Assembly (NCBI GenBank): GCA_963721685.1
Contig: CAVRJJ010000005.1
Location: 167,943-231,942, forward strand
Length of the DNA: 64,000 nucleotides
Reading direction: 5' to 3'
DNA from: an uncultured bacterium
Lineage (GTDB): Bacteria > Patescibacteriota > Saccharimonadia > UBA4664 > SCTI01
Position numbers and translations under genes: made by a program. Every line of letters begins with the position of its first letter. The stretch's first letter is position 1. Positions 41,506 to 48,862 of this stretch are shown piece by piece. The notes beneath the pieces are model-generated. The model did no database searches. It was given only the letters and a program-made list of their open reading frames with translations, and was not told where the DNA came from.

Positions 41506-41853
41506 ATGAGCCACTTGGAAACCTTTTTTATCCTAAGTCTCGCAACGCAATTAGTCCATTCAATTGAAGAGTTAACAACGGGTTTTCACAAACAATACTA
41601 TCTCTTTAAGATGTCCTTTAAGGCATTTCTAGCCTTTGAAATATTATTTACCCTGTTCTGGGTGGGAGTGCTTCTGCTGCCAGACTCTCCGTCCAAGGGC
41701 TACCTGCAAGCTTTCTTCCTCATCCTGATGTTTGCCAATGGTGTGCAACATCTAGTGTGGTGGGGAACTGTAAAAAAGTATGTTCCGGGTTTAATAACGG
41801 CTTTCGTCCATGCCGCACTATTTTTGGCCTTTTACTATAAGAGCATTTTTTAA
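41506..41853 (+). CDS. HXXEE-domain membrane protein
   Basis: HSIEE, H...YVPGLITA, 4 TM. Confidence 0.8.
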   Translation: MSHLETFFILSLATQLVHSIEELTTGFHKQYYLFKMSFKAFLAFEILFTLFWVGVLLLPDSPSKGYLQAFFLILMFANGVQHLVWWGTVKKYVPGLITAFVHAALFLAFYYKSIF

Positions 41854-42527
41854 TGGCATACTACAAACGTTTTCAACTTGTTACCCACTTTTTTCTCTGG
41901 CCTCGGCTGCTTGCGTGGTTTTACCGCAAAGGCATGGATGACGTTAAGAGTCTTGGGCTTAAACCTGACTTTAACAAGGAAGATTTTTCCTGTCTGCTCT
42001 GCGGGGTGAGCGGAGAAATAACAGCCGAGGTCTTCATTAACTTTGTTATCAGTAAAAATAAGCAAGCCAACATTATCATTATTGATCTTGGCGAAGAACA
42101 GGTAGCCGCTGTTCAGTCGCTCGTAAACCGGAAATACAAAGATCATAACATTAGCGTTAAACAAATGAACGTCCTCGATATATCAAAGCATTTTAAGCCA
42201 AACTCCTTTGATTGGATTGAAACGGACGGTCTGGTTGAATACTTAGACAAGCCAGGAATTCAAAGTCTATTAACGCAATGGAAAGCGTTGCTAAGACCGG
42301 GCGGCTTCATTACTACCCGTGACTTTGCCAGCTCATCTATACCAGGCCGATTACTCGATAAGTTTCGTATGTGGTTTATGAAAAATTACCTAACCCTCAA
42401 TGGCTACGTTCATACCAAGCAGGAACTAGATGAGGCATTTAGAAAAATCGGCTTTATCTTTAATTCCGGGCCGACGCCAATCCCGACCTTCAAGCGTTAT
42501 GCGCTCATAGAAAAGGACACTCGCTAA
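41853..42527 (+). CDS. Class I SAM-dependent methyltransferase-like protein
   Basis: IIDL, NSFDWI, LLRPGGFI. Confidence 0.65.
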   Translation: MAYYKRFQLVTHFFLWPRLLAWFYRKGMDDVKSLGLKPDFNKEDFSCLLCGVSGEITAEVFINFVISKNKQANIIIIDLGEEQVAAVQSLVNRKYKDHNISVKQMNVLDISKHFKPNSFDWIETDGLVEYLDKPGIQSLLTQWKALLRPGGFITTRDFASSSIPGRLLDKFRMWFMKNYLTLNGYVHTKQELDEAFRKIGFIFNSGPTPIPTFKRYALIEKDTR

Positions 42528-42694
42528 GAGGTGGGGAGGAATCAATAATTGAAATACCAACACACACCGAAGCCGATCTAATTAAGTTTAATGAGGTATT
42601 TTCTTTCCTATCATAAGTGGCACTTTCGGGATCAGCCAGAAGGTAAGAGTAGTCGCTTAGTATGGTATAGGTCCAAATCAAACGCTGTTCCTTT

Positions 42695-42737
42695 GTTCGG
42701 AAGCAAGTCAACCAGTGGAGCCATTGCACTTATGCTT
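42695..42737 (+). repeat. att-like junction
   Basis: GTTCG-N17-GGAGCCATTGCACTTATGCTT; about 80 bp upstream is similar to 36281-36360. Confidence 0.88.
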
Positions 42738-42780
42738 ATATTATTGCTACACTGAGCTTAATTAACTCAAGAGAGCACTC

Positions 42781-43320
42781 ATGATAAAGCTGAACCAAAA
42801 GGGATTTACCGGCTTTGAAGTTGTATTAATCGTTATTGCCCTGGTAGCTATTGGAGCAGCGGGCTACTTCGCGTATGAAGCGCGGCAAGATAAAACCGTT
42901 CTTGTAGCCGCACCAAAGAAAACAGAGAAGACGATTCAAGCTCAACCACAGCCTGTAAGTAGTAAGCCAGAAACAACTAGTGTTTATAATATTAAAGATC
43001 TTGGAGTTGAATTTGCGCTGCCCTCAAGTATCTCCGATCTATCGTATAAAGTCGTCAACTTAGGTGGTGAGCAAGCGGTTAGCTCTGTGACTTTTTCAAC
43101 TAAGCGGTTGGAAGCGGCAGGCTGTTCACTTGATTCAGCGCCTCTTGGACATTTAACATATACGGAAGGAAAGGGAGGTATTCTAGTTGCCTCCGCGAGA
43201 GGATCCAACCTTTATTATATAGAGCCCAAAGGAAGCTGTAGCGCAGACCCAAGCCTTAGAAACTGGCAGAAGCTGAAGGAAGCTCTCAAAACTACTGTGA
43301 GTGACTACAAGGGAGGGTAA
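42781..43320 (+). CDS. Type IV pilin-like protein (class III signal peptide)
   Basis: NQKG|FTGFEVVLIVIALV with Glu at +5; Cys pair in head domain. Confidence 0.7.
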   Translation: MIKLNQKGFTGFEVVLIVIALVAIGAAGYFAYEARQDKTVLVAAPKKTEKTIQAQPQPVSSKPETTSVYNIKDLGVEFALPSSISDLSYKVVNLGGEQAVSSVTFSTKRLEAAGCSLDSAPLGHLTYTEGKGGILVASARGSNLYYIEPKGSCSADPSLRNWQKLKEALKTTVSDYKGG

Positions 43321-43329
43321 GTAAAGCTG

Positions 43330-43358
43330 GCTCGTTGGGTGGGCCAGTCGGGAGCCAT
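43330..43358 (+). repeat. att-like junction (degenerate)
   Basis: GCTCG-N16-GGAGCCAT. Confidence 0.55.
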
Positions 43359-43423
43359 AAATAGTAGACTCAGCTCATTGACTGGGCATCGGCCGGCAAA
43401 TTAGATGCCTCTTTCTAGCTATT

Positions 43424-43675
43424 TCAACGATGATCGCAGCCGGCCCAGCAACAGGGACGGCGCATTCCCTCTATAAGCTCCGTGCGCGTTCTTTCAATAC
43501 GCCGTGCCCTCGTCTCAGTCTTCTTAGCTTCTTCAACCCAGCATATCCATTCATTGCGCGCCAGCGGTGTAATATCTTCCCATGCCGCTAAAGCCGTCGA
43601 GGTAGAAAGCAGGGCTTTTTTTAAGTCCGCTGGCATTTCGTGTGCCACACCCCCAGCGATTTCTTTTGTAGCCAT
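43424..43675 (-). CDS. YdeI/OmpD-associated family protein
   Basis: PADLKKAL...TPLARNEWICWVEEAKKTETRARRI...RRPCCWAGC. Confidence 0.85.
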   Translation of the reverse strand: MATKEIAGGVAHEMPADLKKALLSTSTALAAWEDITPLARNEWICWVEEAKKTETRARRIERTRTELIEGMRRPCCWAGCDHR

Positions 43676-43696
43676 AAACTTATACTACTCCAGGCT

Positions 43697-43734
43697 ACAA
43701 GTAACACGCTAGGGCATTGCACTTATGTTATAAT
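43697..43734 (+). repeat. att-like junction (core eroded) forming an extended -10 promoter
   Basis: ACAAGTAACACGCTAGGG-CATTGCACTTATGTTATAAT, compare ACAAGACCGCTAGGGGGAGCCATTGCACTTATGTT at 36346. Confidence 0.7.
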
Positions 43735-43740
43735 TTGCTG

Positions 43741-44700
43741 GTGAAACCATTAGATTCTCCTCAAGCGGAGGCAGCTCAGATACAAAAGCAGACGAAGCAT
43801 TCCAAGCGCAAGCTTGCTGTAGTTGTTTTCATCCTACTGCTTGCTCTAGCTATAATTGGGATAGGCGGTACCTACCTCTATCGGGTGCAGCAAACTCAGA
43901 ACACAATAAAAGCCGGAATACACGACCTTAGCCAGTCGGCTAATCGAATTACGCCTTTTACGGCCGGAACGGTAGCTGAGGGTGACCGCGCGGATTTCAC
44001 TCGTGAGCTCAACAATCTCGAGAATACAATCAATGATACCCAGTTCAAAATAGACCAGCATTCCTCCCTATTGAATTCAAAAAAGGCTATGGATGAATAT
44101 AAATCCTTTCTTTCTCAAATGGAGGGGTATGTTAAGCTGGCATCCGGCATGAGCAAAGATGTGTCGGTTATAACGGAAGCTGATCTTAAGAAGCTCAATC
44201 AGTCGGGGGACGCGGCTAAGCGTTCACAGGAAAAGCTAAGAGAGAATTTTACTTTTATTCCGGAGTCTTTATCGAATGAAGTGTTTAATATATCGCTTAT
44301 TTTACAAAAGTCGAAAAAAAGCATAGATGATACGAAGTTGGCCGAAGACGCAAAAGCAAAGTCGGAAGAGAAGTTGCAAATAGACCAGAGAACCGCCGAG
44401 ACCAATGCCGCGGCTTTCCTCGACGCTTTTATTGCAGGTAATGCCGACAGGATGAAACGCTATATGACCGCCGCATTTATCAAAGAGTACGACTTCGCCA
44501 ACATTAAGCCCGAGTATCGCGAGGTATCTACCCCCGTATCCTACCGGGTGGTTCAAAGCCAGCGGGTGAATAGTACCATCGAGGTTACCTCAACAGTCAC
44601 ATACGCTTATGGCCAGGGCCAGAGTACAGCCAACTACAAATATATTTTGGTTGAAGACCCTAAAGCCGCGACATGGATGATCAACGCCCAAGCGCAGTAA
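43741..44700 (+). CDS. Membrane-anchored coiled-coil protein with NTF2-like C-terminus
   Basis: Single TM, helical middle, AAAFLDAF...Y...WMI C-terminal pattern. Confidence 0.6.
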   Translation: MKPLDSPQAEAAQIQKQTKHSKRKLAVVVFILLLALAIIGIGGTYLYRVQQTQNTIKAGIHDLSQSANRITPFTAGTVAEGDRADFTRELNNLENTINDTQFKIDQHSSLLNSKKAMDEYKSFLSQMEGYVKLASGMSKDVSVITEADLKKLNQSGDAAKRSQEKLRENFTFIPESLSNEVFNISLILQKSKKSIDDTKLAEDAKAKSEEKLQIDQRTAETNAAAFLDAFIAGNADRMKRYMTAAFIKEYDFANIKPEYREVSTPVSYRVVQSQRVNSTIEVTSTVTYAYGQGQSTANYKYILVEDPKAATWMINAQAQ

Positions 44701-45848
44701 AAATTCTTGAGGCAAACAAAAAAACCACTAGCAAATTGAAGTTATTCGTAATTCTGCTTATACCGTTAATGCTGGTTGGCGTTCTTTTTTTTGCAGTCTG
44801 GGAATACTCAAAAGCCAAGAGCTTGTACCGGCAGGCCGTGGTATATAACGAGGAGGGAAAGTTTAAGAAGGCGATAAGCAATCTCCAAATCGCGGATAAC
44901 ACCTTTTTCGCCCTTGACTACCAAGAGAAAATTGTCGCACTTCGAAAAGAAGTAGTTCTTTGGACAAAAACCCAGGCGTCGATTGAACAGGCCAGCGGTT
45001 TACTTGCAAAAGGGCAGGCAGACGAGGCACTGAAATTACTTGAAGGTATTGATCCCCGTTTTCCCCGTTTTAAGGTTGCAATCCAGCTTAGATACAGGGC
45101 CCATGAAATAAAAGAAACAGAGCGGCTTCGATCACTTCCAGCCGCAACTGTTCCTATTACGCAAATTTCGCTTCAAAGCACCACAATGGCAGACGACCAG
45201 CCCGATGATATCAGCGGACATCAAGTCCACATGGTTTATGCTGTGCCTACGGGTACCCCGTCGAGAGGCTACAACGATAATGGGGCAATGTCGACTTCAG
45301 TTGCCGCTATCCAGAACTGGCTAAGCCAGCAAACCGGCGGAAAGAGCTTGCGCATGGACACACACAATGGAAAGCTCGATGTCACTTACCTTCAACTGAA
45401 AAAAAGCGAATCCGAATTAGGCACAGGGCCCGAGCTATGGGGAAGACTATCGCTTGAACTCAGGCAAAGCGGCCTTTATAGCCACGATAAGTTATACCTT
45501 GTTTACTACGAGGGAAAGTCCCATCTTTGCGGTCAAGCAAACTGGCCAGGACTTTACGCGTATGTCTATCTGGGTACTTGTGGCGCCCATGGGTTGACGC
45601 AAAATGCAGGGAGGGTACAGACCGCTGAGTTAACCGCTCTTCATGAGCTCATGCATGCCTTTGGAGCCGTGCCGGGATGCGCTCCACATTTTGACGGAAG
45701 TGCCCATATTAACGATATTCCTGCCGACCTTATGTACTATGGGGTTCATATGGGAGAAGCAGCTCAATTGGATCCGGGTCGTGATGATTATTATGGCCAC
45801 GGACGCGAGGACTGTCTCGATATTGCGACGAGCCCCTACTTACAGTGA
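44673..45848 (+). CDS. Membrane-anchored zinc metallopeptidase-like protein
   Basis: TM, TPR-like helices, HELMHAFG and DLMY Met-turn. Confidence 0.7.
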   Translation: MDDQRPSAVKILEANKKTTSKLKLFVILLIPLMLVGVLFFAVWEYSKAKSLYRQAVVYNEEGKFKKAISNLQIADNTFFALDYQEKIVALRKEVVLWTKTQASIEQASGLLAKGQADEALKLLEGIDPRFPRFKVAIQLRYRAHEIKETERLRSLPAATVPITQISLQSTTMADDQPDDISGHQVHMVYAVPTGTPSRGYNDNGAMSTSVAAIQNWLSQQTGGKSLRMDTHNGKLDVTYLQLKKSESELGTGPELWGRLSLELRQSGLYSHDKLYLVYYEGKSHLCGQANWPGLYAYVYLGTCGAHGLTQNAGRVQTAELTALHELMHAFGAVPGCAPHFDGSAHINDIPADLMYYGVHMGEAAQLDPGRDDYYGHGREDCLDIATSPYLQ

Positions 45849-45932
45849 GAGCTATTTGGCTCTTTTCCAAAAATCGGTTTGCTCTTATGCCTTCTCTATG
45901 TAATTATCAATTTAATAACTTGGTGAGCATTC

Positions 45933-46421
45933 ATGGTAAAACACAATCAAAAAGGGATGGCAGCGCTTTGGGTGGTCCTGATTGTAGTAGTGGTGGCGGC
46001 TGTGGGAACCGCTGGCTATTTTGCGTACAAGGCCGCCACCCCTAAAGCCGCTCACAATCCTACGGCAGGCTCCCAAGAATTAACGGTAAGCGAGTGGGGG
46101 GTGAAGCTAAGCGTACGAGACGCCGCTAAAATAACCTATTCAGTTGCCGGCTCTACTGGGAGAGAGGGCGGGCCAGCTTATGAAGCCTCAGCCATACCCG
46201 TAATCAAACAAACGTTCTTGAAAGATAAAAACTGCAGCTTAGGGATCGCGCTCTATCGAACCAAAACAGAGCAATCAACGTTAATTGGCCAAACCAAAAA
46301 ACTAGGAGACTACTTCTATTTTGTCGGCGGATCCCCGGACAGTTGCGCTAGTAAATCTGATGATCAGCTAAAAGGACGGATACTGGCTGATTTCAGAATT
46401 GAAAACCTCTCTGCCAAATAA
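45933..46421 (+). CDS. Pilin-like membrane-anchored protein
   Basis: NQKG|MAALWVVLIV; similar to 42781-43320 (AGYFAY, xGV, C...YY..G.C). Confidence 0.6.
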   Translation: MVKHNQKGMAALWVVLIVVVVAAVGTAGYFAYKAATPKAAHNPTAGSQELTVSEWGVKLSVRDAAKITYSVAGSTGREGGPAYEASAIPVIKQTFLKDKNCSLGIALYRTKTEQSTLIGQTKKLGDYFYFVGGSPDSCASKSDDQLKGRILADFRIENLSAK

Positions 46422-46438
46422 TTTATGCCGTAAAAGGT

Positions 46439-47905
46439 TTAGTCTGGTCCTGGTCGCACGGACGACCGGCGATTGCCGCCTGTAGCGGCACGGCTGGCAT
46501 CGTACCCGGCACCAACATCATAGTAGCCCTGCCACCACGACTCTAGGAAGTTTGTTTCGGTAACGGCTGTCCCGGCATACGTTAACACTCGTATAAGCGG
46601 CCCGTTTGGCGGGGACTCAAGCGCCGTAAGTACCTCGGCTTTGGCGGTACTGGTTCTCACATTCCCGGCGCTCACCCGGACGCCAGAGCGGAATCCTGAA
46701 TAGTAGGCGTAAAAGCTAGACAAGGCAGTTCCATCTGTCCTATAAACCATGACATGGGGACCGGCGCCGGGACCCGCCCCCGTGATAATTTCGGCGTTAG
46801 CCGTACCTTCCACATCAGCCGCGGCAACATCAATCCCTCCTTTGAAACTCTGGTCGTAGGCGTAAAAACTAGCAACCACGGTAGTTCCATCGGCCTTATA
46901 CGCGATAACATGAGGGCTAGCACTTGGTCCCGCCCCAGCAATTATTTCGGCTTTTCCGTCCCCATCTAAATCTCCGGCACTGACCGATATTCCGCCCTTA
47001 AAGCTCGGGTGGAAAGCATAAAAACTAGCAATTGGCGTGCCATCAATCTTAAACGCTTTCACGTGGGGTCCCGCCCCCGGCCCGGTGCCGGTTATGATCT
47101 CATCAACTCCATCGCCATCAAGGTCTCCGGCCGCCACATCAATACCTCCCCTGAAGCGGGGATCGTAGGCGTAAAAACTAGCTAGAGCAGTGCCATCGGC
47201 CCGGGTCGCGATTACGTGGGGGGCGCCACCGCTACCCGCCCCAACGACGGTTTCGGAAGTAGTGCTAGGGCCCTCGAAGTTGCCCATAGCCACCTTAAGA
47301 GGCCCTTGGAATCCCTGAAAAGGCAGCTGCTCATTCGGGAGCGCCGGGTACGCCACCGGAGCCGAAAGACGCAGGGCCTGATTGAGTGAAGCGTAGGGGT
47401 TAATTAACGAACCGTCGGGTGCAAAAATTTCAAAATGCAGGTGCGGCGGGGTGGTTTCGGCATTGCCGGAATCGCCAACATACCCGATAAACTGACCCCT
47501 TACCACACGGTTGCCTGTTTTCATGTCCGGAGCGTAAGCGTTCATTGGCCCGCCCTGCCCATCATCGGTGCCGGGATGGTCATTGTTAAGATGGATAAAG
47601 CGAAACGCGTATCCTTCGGCATCTTCAACCGTAACGCTGTAGCCCCATGAGGCCTCAGGCACAATCACTGAGGTTACGGTTCCGTCGATTGGTGAAACCA
47701 ACGCCCTGCCCTTAGGGGCAAAAATATCGGTTGCCCCGTGGGTTCCGTTGGAGCGCGGGGCGTTAAAGTCGTTTGAATAGCTGGCCGAGCCGGTAACCGG
47801 AAAGACTATTGGCGGAACCGCTTTGGCTTCGGAGGGAATAAACAATATGGCCGCGGCGGCAGGAACCAAGAACACAAAGATACTTCGAAATGGTAATGCT
47901 TTCAT
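46439..47905 (-). CDS. M23 peptidase with FG-GAP-like repeats
   Basis: HGATD, GDSGNA, HLHFE; repeats FYAY...GGIDVAAGDLDGDG. Confidence 0.85.
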   Translation of the reverse strand: MKALPFRSIFVFLVPAAAAILFIPSEAKAVPPIVFPVTGSASYSNDFNAPRSNGTHGATDIFAPKGRALVSPIDGTVTSVIVPEASWGYSVTVEDAEGYAFRFIHLNNDHPGTDDGQGGPMNAYAPDMKTGNRVVRGQFIGYVGDSGNAETTPPHLHFEIFAPDGSLINPYASLNQALRLSAPVAYPALPNEQLPFQGFQGPLKVAMGNFEGPSTTSETVVGAGSGGAPHVIATRADGTALASFYAYDPRFRGGIDVAAGDLDGDGVDEIITGTGPGAGPHVKAFKIDGTPIASFYAFHPSFKGGISVSAGDLDGDGKAEIIAGAGPSASPHVIAYKADGTTVVASFYAYDQSFKGGIDVAAADVEGTANAEIITGAGPGAGPHVMVYRTDGTALSSFYAYYSGFRSGVRVSAGNVRTSTAKAEVLTALESPPNGPLIRVLTYAGTAVTETNFLESWWQGYYDVGAGYDASRAATGGNRRSSVRPGPD

Positions 47906-47949
47906 ACCCTTATCTTACCATCTTTAAGCCTAGGGCTTTGCCTTTTAGG

Positions 47950-48189
47950 TTATTTATATAGAGCGCGGCAGTCGATATAAGTGCCCGAAGTTCTCAGGCC
48001 CTTTGGGATATTGGCTTGGTCTTTTAAGCATTCGCGCAGTGCATTTGCCTTTCGCTGCTTATTTTCCTCTGCCCGTTGCTGTTGGGGCATGATAATAAAA
48101 ATATAGCTTACTGCTATAACAACTGTGCCCGTCACGATAGCCGATAACATTTTTAACGTGAGCATAGCGCGCAGATTTACCGTCTTCAT
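47950..48189 (-). CDS. Small membrane protein
   Basis: TM then short Cys-pair domain; TATAGT 7 nt upstream of ATG. Confidence 0.5.
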   Translation of the reverse strand: MKTVNLRAMLTLKMLSAIVTGTVVIAVSYIFIIMPQQQRAEENKQRKANALRECLKDQANIPKGLRTSGTYIDCRALYK

Positions 48190-48345
48190 AAACCCACTAT
48201 ACCTTAACGGAAGCACAACACATTTCAGATATATCTGTGGCTGAATAAAATCAGTGTGGTTTGCTATGATTGGTGAATGAAGGCGACTGACACATTGCAC
48301 CCTCCAATTATTCCGGTAGAGCTGGAAAGAATAACGCTTAGTACT

Positions 48346-48498
48346 ATGAGCGACGGGCAAACCATTGAAGCGGTGGCGGGGATAGCCGTGTTGGCAATAG
48401 GTAGCGGCGTGATGCTGGCGATTGCCACTAGAGCGTTCAGTTATGGCAGCCTGGAGTATAGCCGGAAACTGAGCTTGCGGGAACTATGGCGGCATTAG
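48346..48498 (+). CDS. Small membrane protein
   Basis: 50-aa ORF with one TM directly upstream of the Dabb gene. Confidence 0.35.
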   Translation: MSDGQTIEAVAGIAVLAIGSGVMLAIATRAFSYGSLEYSRKLSLRELWRH

Positions 48499-48502
48499 GT
48501 TC

Positions 48503-48790
48503 ATGCGATATCACCACATTGTGCTTTTTAGATTAAAGGAAGGGGTAAGTGATGCGGACCGTCGCCAAGCGTTAACCCTGCTTAAAGCGTTGGGCTCAGA
48601 CGCGGAAGGATTGGAGTCGTGGCAAATCAACAAATCTCTTGATACGCGCAAAGGTAATATCATTATTGAAGAAGCAGTTTTTTCTACTGAAGAAGACTTT
48701 ACCGCATTCCGCGAATCGGCCAAGCACAATGAGGTTGGCAGATTCATGCGGAGAATCGCAGATTGGTGGGTTGGGGACTATACAGCCTAA
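48503..48790 (+). CDS. Dabb (stress-responsive A/B barrel) protein
   Basis: HIVLFRLK...H...DY pattern. Confidence 0.8.
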   Translation: MRYHHIVLFRLKEGVSDADRRQALTLLKALGSDAEGLESWQINKSLDTRKGNIIIEEAVFSTEEDFTAFRESAKHNEVGRFMRRIADWWVGDYTA

Positions 48791-48862
48791 GCATGATTGC
48801 GCTTAAGCTTATATAAGATATAATTGAGGTTGCACCACCCTAAGCAGGGAAAATAAATACTC

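Larger units (their letters stand above)
34846..46421. mobile_element. tRNA-Asn-anchored genomic island / tandem array of integrase-less cargo units (right border uncertain)
   Basis: Repeated tRNA-3'-end junctions at 35569, 35730, 36361, 38297, 38857, 40184, 42717, 43351, about 43712 and about 45847; visibly more AT-rich; unrelated accessory genes. Confidence 0.75.

Noticed and set aside
35569-43734. CRISPR array or classical integron attC interpretation of the repeated motif
   Set aside because: Spacing is 0.16-2.5 kb with genes between copies, there are no cas genes, no RYYYAAC...GTTRRRY palindromic attC structure and no intI; the core matches the tRNA 3' end instead.
46600-47300. DNA repeats (TCGTAGGCGTAAAAACTAGC etc.) as a mobile or DGR-like repeat
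   Set aside because: Explained by FG-GAP-like protein repeats in the M23 gene; no reverse transcriptase and no adenine-specific mismatch pattern seen.
48797-48825. TTGCGCTTAAGCTTATAT as a further array junction
   Set aside because: It resembles the right arm but lacks the GGAGCCA core and upstream GTTCG; it is adequately explained as a TTGCGC-N16-TATAAT promoter. It does caution that part of the arm motif may be promoter-like.
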